Below are positions 1 to 13,483 of a DNA stretch of 64,000 nt, piece by piece. A model generated the notes under the pieces. It was not told where the DNA came from and made no database searches. It was given only the letters and a program-made list of their open reading frames with translations. How positions within the stretch are numbered: position 1 is the stretch's first letter; each line of letters opens with the position of its first letter. The stretch lies in NCBI RefSeq assembly GCF_006345805.1, contig NC_043015.1, positions 39,494,001 to 39,558,000 of the forward strand, read 5' to 3'. The translations under genes and the position numbers were made by a program. Origin of the DNA: Octopus sinensis. Its lineage: Eukaryota.

Positions 1-1901
1 AAATGAAGAAATATTTTCTAGATGATGATAATGGTGGGAAAAAATATATTATTTTTCTGTTAAAATCACCAGTTTTCATCAATTTTACTTCAAACAACAT
101 TTTGAATACTCTCTTTCCTGTTGTTGGTGCCAAGCTTAGTATTTACCATTCCTCCATTCCAATGGAAGTTGTGAACATATAGAATATTCTTAAGTTTTAA
201 ACTATTAACTACCAACAGCCTTCTTTACCAAAATCACTTTCAAACAAGCACCTGTTTTCTTTCCTTTTCTTTTTCTTTTTTTTTTACCTGTTTCGTCATG
301 GATGGAATTTGTGTGCATTTCTTTAATTTATCATGAACCTTTTAGGCAGGGAATGCTTTCCTTTGGTCGACCTCCTCTCTTTGCGTTCCTCTCATCCATG
401 GCCATTTTCTTTCTGTCTGGTAATTTTCAACCAGATGTTCAGCATCGTTAATGATTTAACGATGATTAAAATTCCTCCAAGTCTGTTGAGGTCAGGTGTT
501 TGAAATAAAGGCTTTGGCTAAATCATAATTGATAAACAACCCTATCCCACCCCTATGAGACGCTATCTGTGATTCAAGTGATGTCTCCAAGCCAGATGAA
601 TTTATGACTCCCCTACCCCCACTTCTGAAGAATCTGGTTTTCTTTGCTACTACTTTGGCTGTAAAACTATTTGATGGTTGGTCTTTCCAGCCTGGCAGAT
701 GACAAATGATAGATGTGATTTAAATGTTGGTTTATATCCAACTTGATTTATGATGACATCCCTGTCACATGTAAATGTGATTGAGACATCAAAGCTAATG
801 CTGAAAAGACATCAGCTGTTTTTGATATCCTTCAAAATTGTCCGAAAGAAATTAGCCATTAAATTAGGGTCTGGAAGATCCGGCTTGCTTTGCCTTGGCA
901 CAAAATTTGTGGTGAGAGAGAAGAAACGTTGGTTTGAGCCATGTCTGTGATAAATGGAACATTCTTTGTCTGCCATTTTTAATGGAACTTACTTCCTCTG
1001 TGGACTTCCTGTCTGCATCCCTTTGTCTTTAGTGAGCAGATGCTGTGTGTTTGAAAGAGTAGAACCAGTGCATGTGTGTGTGGTCCTGCTGTCTGTGTCA
1101 GAGGGGTTATACTGAGATACTGAGATCAAATACATGTTAAACAGATTTATTTATGTTTCAACACCAGAAAACAGTGGTTTTAAGTTCAATTCTTTCTCGG
1201 ATCTGTTTTATTTATTTTAATTTTTTTTTTTGTTTTGTTTGGTTTTCAAATTCTATTCTTCACCATTATTACTTTTATTATTATTATTATTATTATTACT
1301 ATTATTGTTGTTGCTCCTGTTTCCTGAGTTTATTTCGCAACTAAACCACTTTATGTAAATATCTGATAATAAATCAAACCAGACATTTTCTAATTCTTAT
1401 TAACGAATTTCTTGCCTCATTCACTGTTAATCAGTCAATTATTTCTTTATCGGGATTTTAATATTTCATAAATCCCAATTGCTGACTAAATCTCATTGGT
1501 TGCAGGTTTACTATAGACCATTCACTGGTTCACTACATTCTCATGATGGGAGTGTCCATAACTCAATGCAGAACAAATATCTCAAGAGACTGAAAGACAC
1601 TTTTTTAATATTATTTTGTATTATTATTTCTAGGTGTTTCTATCCTTCGGTGAAAGATATATAAATATAAATGTCAAATACAGCTCTGAATATACTGGTA
1701 AATCAATCCCTGGTCACATGGACATAGTTATTTTGGATTAATCAAAAGGGCGCCATACCCATTGTCTGGGGTCACAGTTAACTTGTCAACCACTACAAGA
1801 TCAAATGTAACACTATGGAAGGGAAACTACATGAATATCAGATTGATGGACCAGATTATGGAATAATTTACAGCAGGACTGATTGCAAACAGATGAGACA
1901 T

Positions 1902-2225
1902 ATTCTTTTATTTGTTTCAGTCATTTGATTGTGGCCAAGCTGGAGCACTGCTAAGTGACGGGGACGTAAACACACCAGCATTGGTTGTCAAGCGATGTTG
2001 GGGTGACAAACACATACATACATATATATTTGTCCATTGTATATATATATATATATATACACACACAATGGACTTCTTCAGTTTCTGTCTACCAAATCCA
2101 CTCAGAAGGCTTTGGTCAGCCCGACACTATAGTAGAAGACACTTTCCCAAGGTGCCACGCAGTGGGACTGAACCCGGAACCATGTAATAGGTAAGCAAGC
2201 TACTTACCACAGCCACTCCTGTGCC
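1902..2225 (-). mobile_element. SINE family A copy with internal deletion
   Basis: Same head and tail as the 61184 element. Confidence 0.8.
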
Positions 2226-2257
2226 TAAACATAGTTTACCTTTGTGCTGGGAAGAGG

Positions 2258-2298
<41 letters not shown>

Positions 2299-3109
2299 GG
2301 TAACCATGTACCTCCTCTATAACAAGATACTTGTTTCTGCCCTCTCTCTCTCTCTCTCACTAACCATTCATCATCTGACACAAGATCCAGTCCTTTGATG
2401 CCCTTCCTCTCTCAAAATTCCTTGTCTTGCAAGTTACTTGGTGACCCGGCTGGTTCTGGTGCCATGTAAAAATCATCCAGTCCACACTGAAGTGGTTGGC
2501 ATTTGGAAGGGCATCCAGTTGTAAAAACTATGCCAAAACTGACCTTGCCTGAGCTGGTGCCACATAGAAAGCACTCAGTCCACTCTAGAATATGTACTAG
2601 GCTTACAAAGAATAAGTGCTGGGGTCTGTTTGTTCAACTAAAGGTGGTGCTCCAGCATGGCCACAGTCAAATGACTGAAACAAATAAAAAGAAAGAATAA
2701 ACACCTGGCAGTCTAATCTAGAAATGAGAATCTTCAGCAAAGACTAAAAGTATTTATTTATAGAAGAGAAAACAGGACTTTGCTCTCATTGGGGTCTCAT
2801 CTGACCCTGCTTGATATACAGAAGAGGAGTTGTGAGAATTCCCCTACAGTGTACCCAGTACAAACTATGGATGCCCAAAAGCTGAAGTGTAATTACAAGC
2901 AAGTTAATGAAGAAAGTGGGTATTGCTGGGAAATGCTTTGTCTTGAATGTCAGAATGGCTCTCTGGAAGTTGTCGATAGCTTTTGGTACTAAGCAGGAAA
3001 GGGGTGTTCTGAAAACATAAATTAAGAGGCAAGTGACATTCCGTTGGTTACGACAACAAGGGTTCCAGTTGATTCGATCAACGGAACAGCCTGCTCGTGA
3101 AATTAACAT

Positions 3110-3665
3110 TCGCTAGGCTCCACCTTGAATACTGCTGCCCATTGTGGTCCCCCTACAAAACACAAGATACAATGAGAATTGAAGCGTCACGAAGATCAAT
3201 CACAAAAAAATAAATGGCATGATGGGACTTGATTATTGGGCTCAACTGAAACAGCTGAAACTCTATTCTCTGCAATGCTGCCATGAGCGAAATTTTTGCG
3301 CCATGTGGAAAATATTCCACCAATATTATCCAAATGATATTGGTATTATGTTTACAATTCCCCCAAGACTAGGCCCCTATGCAATCCATCCCCTACAAAG
3401 GTTGAGATCACATCACAAGAACATTGCGACACAATTTCTTCACTGCAAATGGTCCTGCATTATCAATGTTATCCCAAAAGAAATTAAAGTAGAAAAAGAC
3501 ACCACAACTTTCAAATGGTACCTGGACAAATTCCTCCAGGAAATACCGGATAATCCACTTACACCTGGATATGTCTCAATCAACAACAACTCTCTGCTTG
3601 ACTGGTCCATTGTGTCCTGAAATAATTAACTAAAAGAGTTTTCCAGGTGGTACTAACCAATCTAA
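3110..3665 (+). mobile_element. CR1/L2-group LINE 3' fragment
   Basis: LEYCCPLWSP...LDYWAQLKQLKLYSLQ...FKWYLDKFLQEIPD. Confidence 0.82.
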
Positions 3666-3708
3666 GTTATATATATATATATATAATAATAAAAAGCAAT
3701 ATATGAAT

Positions 3709-3758
<50 letters not shown>

Positions 3759-4120
3759 TTGTGGGTTAACAGGGCTGCCAATTGCTTCTTAATGTTGAAA
3801 AATAAAAGAAGTATAAAAAAAAACCGCATTATTTATGAGATGACCCAAAAATAATTGAAAACGAATGCACACCAGACACATAACACACCTTGACAATCTC
3901 TTCATACCTGGGCCTGGGTGTTAATGAAATAGCATCACAGGGCAACAATCAAGACATTTTTACTGATAAATACACCAAATCAGAAAAAATATACAATCCA
4001 TATTTACTTGAGTCCTGTTGTAATAATGACATACATAATGACCAATGGCTTGTTATACTGACCAACACTTGCTTCTGCCATAATGATATACAGATGACCG
4101 ATTGATACCTGCTTCTGAAG

Positions 4121-4535
4121 ATAACACTATACACTTCCATAGTATACATCTGTGACATGCCTTAACACAGTACACTTCTATGATATACATTTGTGACATG
4201 TCTTAACACAGAACACTTCTATGATATACATGTGACATGTCTTAACACAGAACACTTCTATGATATACATCTGAGACATGTCTTAACACAGTACACTTCT
4301 ATGATATACATTTGTGACATGTCTTAACACAGTACACTTCTATGATATACATCTGTGACATGTCTTAACACAGTACACTTCTATGATATACATCTGTGAC
4401 ATGTCTTAACACAGTACACTTCTATGATATACTTCTGAGACATGTCTTAACACAGAACACTTCTATGATATACATCTGAGACATGTCTTAACACAGTACA
4501 CTTCTATGATATACATCTGAGACATGTCTTAAACA
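4121..4535. repeat. 41-bp minisatellite, ~10 copies
   Basis: Unit CATGTCTTAACACAGTACACTTCTATGATATACATCTGTGA. Confidence 0.95.
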
Positions 4536-4984
4536 CTGTACAGTTTAAAAAGTTATATTACAAAACAAATCCTTTTCAGCAGGAACAGAGCCATATTTTA
4601 TAGGGAGTCAGCTTACATAGTCAAAGGAATTGACCCTCTTACATGACTGGTACTTTAAAAGATGGAATCAAGTTTGGCAGGATTTAAACTCAAGACAGAG
4701 AAATGGAACCAAACTCTGAAAGACATTCTGTCCATGTCCTCTGATATTTCTGCCAACTCACTCTTTTACAAAACCGATATTGGTTCCACATTTTGCTGCA
4801 AAGTCATTAATTTCAAGGATGAAATACAAAGTCAACCTTGGTAGAATTTGAACTCAGAAAGTAAAAGCAGATGAAATGCTGCTAAGCATTTTGGCCGTTA
4901 TGGTAATGATTCTACCAGCTTGATGCCCCATTTCTTTCGAAACAGATATTGAGAATCAATTATTATTAAACTTATCATCATGCC

Positions 4985-5420
4985 CTTTTACTTGTTTCAG
5001 TCATTTGACTGTGGCCATGCTGGAGCACCGCCTTTAGTCAAGCAAACCGACCCCAGGACTTATTCTTTGTAAGCCTAGTACTTATTCTATCAGTCTCTTT
5101 TGCTGAACCGCTAAGTTACAGGGACATAAACACACCAGCATCGGTTGTCAAGCGATATTGGAGGGACAAACACAGACACACACACACACACACACACATG
5201 CATAAATATATATATATATATATATACACACACATATATATATATATACATATATACGACAGGCTTCTTTCAGGTTTCCATCTACCAAATCCACTCACAA
5301 GGCTTTGGTTGGCCCGAGGCTATAGTAGAAGACACTTACCCAATGTGCCACACAGTGGGACTGAACCCAGAACCATGTGGTTGGGAAGCAAGCTTCTTAC
5401 CACACAGCCACTCCTGTGCC
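4985..5420 (-). mobile_element. SINE family A copy
   Basis: Reverse complement of the 61184 element. Confidence 0.85.
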
Positions 5421-5906
5421 TATTAATAAAAGAATGGTGAGTTGGTTGAATTCTTAGGGCATCAGACAAAAATATCCTGCAGTGTTTGGTTCAATTCTTT
5501 ATGTTTTAGGTTCAAATCCCTCAGAGGCTAACTTTATTTTTCATTCCTCTGGGGTTGATAAAATAAAATACCAGTGATGTACTGGGGTCAATTTAATTGC
5601 TCAATCCCTCTCCACAAATTTATGGCTTTGTCCCTTTGCTTGAAGTTATTATTACAGTCGCAATTTTAGAAAATATAACAAATGATAACGTCTCGTCTGT
5701 TTTGCAAATGTCTCTTTCAAATACAAAAATATACAGGAAATATATGTTTGTTTCACCAGTATAAACAACATACATGCATTATATATACATACATATATAC
5801 ATACATGCCAATGTACGTAGAAGTACGCATGCACACACACACACACACACACACATATGTATATATATATATGCATATATGTTTTATGTACATGTGTGTA
5901 TATATA

Positions 5907-6085
5907 CCATATTTTAACATGTATAAGGAACCTGCATGTATAAAGAAACCCCTAATTTTGAGGGCTTAAAATTTGCAAAAAAGGTTTTGTAAGGGATTAT
6001 AATACTATCCATGTATAAGAAACTCCTTTATTTTTTTTACCTAGTTTTTGACAAAAAAGGGTTCTTTATCCGCATTAAAATATGG
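5907..6085. mobile_element. Tc1/mariner-pogo-type MITE
   Basis: TA|CCATATTTTAA ... TTAAAATATGG|TA. Confidence 0.7.
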
Positions 6086-6584
6086 TATGTGTGTGTGTGT
6101 TACAAAATATAAGATTTAATGAAATCCTTTTACAACTGGTGACAAAGATTTAAATTATACAAAGAAACACCAAAACCTTAAAAGAAATGGAAAAAAGGGA
6201 TAAAGTTATACCTTAAGTCTATCTATATATTTGGTCATTAAACTATATACACCATGATACTAAATATATATATACCTGATTGTTAAACTGTACTGATTCT
6301 AGTCATATACATCCTGTTATTAAACCTTATAAACCTTAATATAAACCCTGTCATTAAAGACCCTACATCCTGTTGTGAAATTATATGTAGATATATGTAT
6401 GTGTGTGTGTGAGCATGTATGTATGTTTATGTTTGTGTGTGTGCGTTAGTAAAGTTTATAATAACTAGACTGAAATTTTAAGTACTACATGCCAACAATC
6501 GTAAACTGCAATTATTATTATTATAATTAGTATTATTATTATTATTATCATTATTATTATTATCATTATTATTATTATTATTGC

Positions 6585-6615
<31 letters not shown>

Positions 6616-7875
6616 GCCATTATTACAATTATTATTATTATTATTATTATTATCATTATTATTATCATTATTATTATCATTATTATTATTATTATTATTA
6701 TTCCCTTTGTCTGTCCTTGTTTGTCCCCTCTATGTTTAGCCCCTTGTGGGTTGTAAAGAATTATTATTATTATTATTATTTTGATTTGGCTCAGGTTCAG
6801 TCTTATTCCTGGTGGGATTTATGTGGGTAGCGGGTTATTACCTGTAACCTTAGGGACCCACAAGTTTTCAGCTGTGTTTCAAGTGCTTAATAATAATAAC
6901 AATAATAATAATAATAATAAATATTGTTATTATTATTATTATTATTATTAAAAATGCTAATGGTAGGCAGGAAGATCATTAATCTTTCTAGTGTCTCTAA
7001 AATGAACTACTTGTACATGTATGTGTATATGCTTGACCATTAAATCCACAAGATTTTTTTTTACTCTCTCTCTCTTTATTTTCTCTTATTCCTCTCTGTT
7101 GAAGAGCATAGGCTCGAAACATAAAAGATTTTCTCACTTTCCTGAGTGTCAAACTGTTACACCCACTTGTTGTTCATACACCCATCTTTGTCTTTTGTTT
7201 TTTCTGTAAATTTCAACTATATATATGTGTGTGTGTGTGTCTATATATATATGTGTGTGTGTGTACATACATGCAACAGTAATGTTAGTTTCTTGTACAG
7301 AAATGAACAGACCCTACTCCATACACAATTTGTTTTTCCCAGAGTATAAGTTCACTGCATCTATTCTAGAATATAATTACATTACCAGTATTAAAAGTAT
7401 CCAAAACTCACCCACCAACCCTCACCACACCCATTATCTCCCTGCCTGTCCGTTTTTCCAGCCATAAAACATAACCCTACTTTGATTTATTAGACAATCA
7501 TGTTTAATAATAATAACCTGTAAAACTAACCAAAACATTACAAAAATTTCATTTTTGGATGTTTGCGCAAACTTAATATTTTACCAAAATTCTTCCATGG
7601 TCCAATAAGACTAAAATTAAGATTATAAAAGATTGTTCTGTTGTTTTAGGGAAATAAATTAGAATCTTATTTAAGGTTGAAAATGGATAAAACCAGCAGT
7701 GTTTAAATGTAAAAAAAAAAAATTTCTGAATTACTGTTTGAAGAAATCTAAACTTTGTCAAATATAAAAATTCTTTCATTTAAGTTTAATTTTTTGTTGC
7801 AAAGTAATTTTAATAAAAGTTCTTAGAATATTTTAACAGTAATCATTGTTTCAGTTATGATTTTGATAACATTTC

Positions 7876-8210
7876 TTTAATATTTTAATGGTATCTCATT
7901 AAAAATAGTATCCCATTAATATTATAATATTTCTATAATATTTTAATATAATCTCATTAATATTTTAATGGCACCTCTTTAATATTTTAACAGCGCCTCA
8001 TTAATATTTTAATGGCACCTCTTTAATATTTCAACAGCACCTCATTAATATTTTAATGACACCTCTTTAATATTTTAACAGCGCCTCATTAATATTTTAA
8101 TGGCACCTCTTTAATATTTTTACAGCACCTCATTAATATTTTAATGACACCTCTTTAATATTTTAACAGCACCTCATTAATATTTTGATAGCACCTCATT
8201 AATATTTTAA
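7876..8210. repeat. 22-bp minisatellite with alternating variants (44-bp higher order)
   Basis: TTAATATTTTAATGGCACCTCT alternating with TTAATATTTTAACAGCRCCTCA. Confidence 0.9.
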
Positions 8211-8601
8211 ACATTGAATAATGATAATGCTTCATAGTGATGCTACTGTGAACAGACCCCACTTGCCCAAATAAGTGCAATTTCTTTTTATAAACTTCAA
8301 GGGGTTTATAAAACTGGTGCTTAAATGTGGGATTCATAGCAATAACAGTGGATGCAAGACAAATTTCTCCTGGGATAGGATGCAGGTCTATTGCCGGTAA
8401 CTTTCCCAAAGGCCTGATACCAATTCCCCAACAAGATATGTGGAACCATGTAGAAATAAGTGTCTTGCTCAGTGACACAACACAATGCCTGCAGTCAGAC
8501 GTGAACTCACAACCTATGAGTTTGTAGCCTGATACCTCATCCACTTGACTATTTCATATCAACTATACAGCAGTCTAGAATTTCAAAACATTAAGTTAAT
8601 A

Positions 8602-9700
8602 TCATAATTGAGTCATGGAGGCTTTAAAATGTGACATCTGGTTACTTTGGGTGTTGTAATCTCGTGGAGGAAGAGGGCAAGCTTGGTGGCCCCTTGATGA
8701 AAGAGCTGGAGAATGGCTGAGTTCCAAGAGCCCTATAATTTTGTGAAGGGTTTTGTCCCTGTTCTTAGAAAATTTGTTTGTGGAGTGTAAATCTGATTGT
8801 GAATTGTAGTGTGATGTTGATGTGGAAGCGTAAGATAGTGTGCTCAGCGAACCGTGCCGTGAATATGACGGTTCATCTGTTAAGTCTGAAAATTCTGAGC
8901 CTGTTGTGATATAGTCTGGGTGTGGCTCACTGGGAATATCACTGTCTGAGCTGATGTGTTCGTAATGATGTGTCACAACGTTGCTGTAGATATGAGAACA
9001 ATCAGAATCCGATTCATTGATATTTTCTCTGAACAAATCCTTCAGGGAAGGATCATCAACAAAGTCGTAAAAGTTATTTGTCTGAGGGGAATCCGGTTTG
9101 TCATACATCTCATATAAACTGTCCTTCGAGGATGACACCGTGTTCGGAATCTCATACATATTCTCATCTGATGCATCGTATAAACCACTGATACTTTCCG
9201 GATATTTCCCTTTTAATATGCTTTTATCCGGTTTATCATAAATATTTCTACTCCATGATTTCTCTGACTCGCTATCAGACGAGTCTTCGACATTTTCATA
9301 CGTATGCTTTTCTTTGTTGCCGTTCAGGGTTGTCTGTGAGTCACTGTCGTCACAGCGACACAACATTCTTGCAGACTTCACAGGATGACGACTTTGGGTC
9401 TCCGTTTCTAAAGAATCTTTACTGTGTCGGCGACACCGTCTCTTGCTGACCGATAGCGTTGAAGTCTGGAATCCAGTGTCCGTTTCATCTGTTTGATTAG
9501 TTTTGCTCTCGTTACTATGACGACCTGAGTCGGAGTCAAACTCAAAAGTATGGTTAATTATTGAGGGTCTGTTGCTTCTGGTAGAGTTTGAAGAAATTTC
9601 ATGCGGACCATTAATGTCCGTTGTGACTGTCAAGTCAGTAGAATCATACAACGAACGATTTTTCTTGCAGTTGTGGACAATATGACGGTTTTTCACTTCT
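8602..9700 (-). CDS. Cadherin exon 25: cytoplasmic tail ending -SMTQL*
   Basis: tgacag| acceptor; phase 2 joins ORF 8602..9696 in frame; Ser/Asp/Tyr-rich; class I PDZ motif. Confidence 0.92.
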
Positions 9701-9970
9701 CTGTCAAAACAAAATGAAGAAATATTTTTATTGAAATTAATTAGAAATTATTAATTTCAGTTTTTCATATATTACAGTACCTACTACATTCATTATGGTA
9801 CCTTCTTTCTCTAAGATGGTACCACTGGCACCTTCAGTGTGCCAAATGGGTGGTCATAATGGCAGCAGGGAAGGTAAACGCCATCACCATTTCACTCATG
9901 TGGGGAGAAAAGTGGAATGGTAGCCTTTACACACACACACAAATAGAAAGATAGATAGATAGATGGATAA

Positions 9971-10001
<31 letters not shown>

Positions 10002-13000
10002 TGTCTTTTCATTAGACACACAGGGCTGAACACAGAGGGGACAAATTACAAAGTAGAGCATTTCTTTTTGGGGAGAAAAAAAATAAACAAAAGGGGAGTA
10101 GGTTTTCGATCAAAAGGGATCGTAAAAAAAGAAAGAAAAAAAACCATTAGTAGGGATATAGATAGATAGATAGATAGAAAGAAAGATGGATAGATAGATA
10201 GACAGACAGACATAGATAGGTAGATAGAAAGAAAGATAGATAGATAGATAGAAAGAAGATAGATAGATAGAAAGAAAGATGGATAGAGAGATAGAAAGAT
10301 TGATAGATAGTGAAAACGGTAGAAAGTGAGAGAGAGAGAATGCTAAACTTACTCTTTCTGTTTCATGTAGATGATGGAAACACAGATTAGGCAGCAGATA
10401 AATAAGAGACAAGCCAAGATGAGAAGAGATAATTCCGGAGCATGGAAATTCCAAGATTTCAGCTTCTTGGAACTTTTCTCTTTAAAAATCTTCTGTAAAA
10501 CATCTTTATGTTCCAGGACCAAACTATAGAAAGCGGGAAAACAAGAGGAAAGAAAAAGATTTATTCAAATATAGTTTGTCTGGAAGCATGAATTTGGTAA
10601 TTCTCTAACAGAACACATCACAGATAATCTATGACAGAATATTGTTTACTTTGTAGAATTAAACAACTATGACTCACTCTTAGATTCTATGTTCCAAAGA
10701 AATGGCTAAATGGATGAAATACCAATCTTAAGACATTGTTAGTTGAAACCACATTGCTGCTGTTCCATTATGTATTTTTGGTAGATATTTAATGATACTG
10801 CCTGCCTCAGTTTACCTAGAGGTACAGGGAGTTCTCTACATACAGGGATCTGTTCTATATGTAACCTATCATATGCTAACATTCTACCAAAGGAGAGACC
10901 TTTCTATCAATATTTTAACTTCTGGAAACTATAATTATATAGCCAGGGACACCCTGAACCTGCAGCTATACATCCAGACAGAGTAACTATATACCCTGGA
11001 GCAATAGTTATACATTCTGAAACAACAGCTATGTACACTGAAAAAAATTCCTATATACCCACCCTGATAGTATCGTTGTTCACCCTGAAATTACAGCTAT
11101 ACATTCTTAAAATATAGTTATGTGAACTGAAAATACAGATATACACGCCGAATGTATATATGTCCTGAAATGATAGCTTTAGACCCCAGAACCACAGCTA
11201 TACTCCTTGGAATATAACTGTATATGCTGTAACAATAGCTGTACGACATTAAACTGGTTATACATCCTGAAGTTAAAGGCAGCGAGGTGGCAGAAATGGT
11301 AGCACACCGGGCAAAGTGCTTAGCAGTATTTTGTCTGTCATTACGTTCTGAGTTCAAATTCCACCGAGGTTGACTTTGCCTTGCATCCTTTCAGGGTCGA
11401 TAAATAAAGTACCAGTTTTGTACTGGGGTCAATGTAATTGACTTAATATCTATGTCTGTCCTTGTTTGTCTCCTCTGTGTTTAGTCCCTTGTGGGTAGTA
11501 AAGAAATATAGACATCCTGAAGTGACTACTATGCAGCCTGAAGCAATAACTAAACATCCTGAATCTGATCTAAAGTTGTTTTGTGATGTCAACGTTGAAG
11601 GTAAGTCAGTCAAAGAGTCAGAGGTAAACCTTTGACCATTGTTATACTTGCTGTCAGTGGAATCGACAGGGAAATGGCTTTATTGCTGTTGCCGTAGCTG
11701 TTGAAGTACGTCACACAATAGGTCATGTGACATATCACATGATGTGTCTCCATGACAAAGTCACTCCAGTTCTTATACATACCTTTTTAAGTGTTGTCTG
11801 GACAATTTGGTTCCATTAGGAAATGTTGCTGTGATTTGAACTGTTGATCTACAAATAACATAACAGATGTTAGATGAAATAACAAATGATAATGATATAT
11901 AATATATTAATACAGTAATCCCTCGACTATTGCAGGTGTTATATTCCCAAAACCCTCCGCAATAAGTGAAAATCCACAAAGTAGAAACAGTACTGTATAT
12001 TTTTTTTAAATCATTTTTATACTTTGTATATATTCGTTTTGTTATATAAATGCAAAACAACACCACGGAGGAATCGACGTAAGCTTAAATAATAAACCAC
12101 GATAAGTGAACTGTGATAGGTGAACCGTGATATGGCGATGGATTACTGAATCACTTACATTAATACCTGTGCTGGCACCATGTAGAAAGCTCCCATGCTG
12201 GAGCCATATAAAAAATATTCAGCACACTGTGTAAAGCAGCTGGCATTTAGGAGGGCATCAATTCATAGAAACATACCAAAATGGACAATGGGAACCTAGT
12301 GCCACTCCCTGGCTTGTCAGTCCTTGTCAAATTGTCCAACACATACCAGCATGAAAGTGGATATTAAGCCTTTTGTTACCATATTTCTGTTCAGATGCTC
12401 TGTGTTTCTTTAAATTAATTTTAAATATAACAAAGAATCTAGTAAAATAACTTAGTTACCATTCAGCTAGTGTTAGGAACATAAATTGTGACTAAGGTTT
12501 GGTGGAAGATTTTAATTCAGAACTTTTGAAAACAAGACATTTGTACTACAGAGCTAGAAACGGTTTTAGCCAGGTTGGAATGCAGCAGATGTCAGCAATG
12601 AACATGGAGAGAGATTCCACATAAGTCAAATAGAAACTTGATATAAGGATAAGTGGAGTCCCACCGTGCTTGCTGACTTTTGCTGGTTTCTTCAGTGATG
12701 GATCTGATACCATACATAGAAAGGAACATAAATATTATACTTAAAAATAGATGTTCTTCCTTTAATAAAAGATGCAAATAACATATTTACTATTAATAAC
12801 AGCCCATTTTGCAGAAAACTCGCTTTAATTCTAGGCAAAAAAATGTTATTTTCACAGAAAATGGCCCTCTTTCTAGCAAAAACATACTATTTAGTGACGG
12901 CCCATTTTACAAAACACTGGAATCATTTCATGAAAAATGGAGTTCATTTTTGTTATCTATGGTAAAAACTGTTCCAGAAAATGATGTTCTCTTCTCCTTA

Positions 13001-13401
13001 GCAGAATCATTTTTGTATAGTGTTATCAAGCTGTTAATGCCAAACTTACCCTCCAAAGAAGAAGCTTTGTCCCAGACTGTCTGTCGGTCCATCAATGACA
13101 TTGACAATAGTCACACGAACACCAGTTGCCTTCGTTAAAGCCCTGAAAAATAATCAATCATATCATTAAACATCATTTCTTCAAAGATTAATCTTATTAG
13201 TTCATTGCAAGATCAGTCACACAACAACTAGAAATACTTATGACTGATCTTCATACGACAATCATAGGCTGACATAATTAGGATGCATCATAACATTGAT
13301 GTTATACAGCAGTGGTTCCCATCCTGGGGTCTGTAGACCCCTGATGGTACACAATGGTATTACTAGGAGTCTGTGAGCTAAATTCAAAATTTCATATATA
13401 T

Positions 13402-13483
<82 letters not shown>

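Noticed and set aside
288-1120. Unique-looking sequence with a minus-strand donor at 286-287; possible first exon of a neighbouring gene
   Set aside because: All three frames contain stops; only a 10-codon ATG frame (MHTNSIHDET) reaches the donor. Not supportable without transcripts.
4121-4535. Regular repeat resembling a CRISPR array
   Set aside because: Units are contiguous and near-identical with no unique spacers; eukaryotic minisatellite.
12809-13138. 109-aa plus-strand ORF
   Set aside because: Partly antisense to exon 22 and otherwise low-complexity periodic sequence; no recognisable domain.
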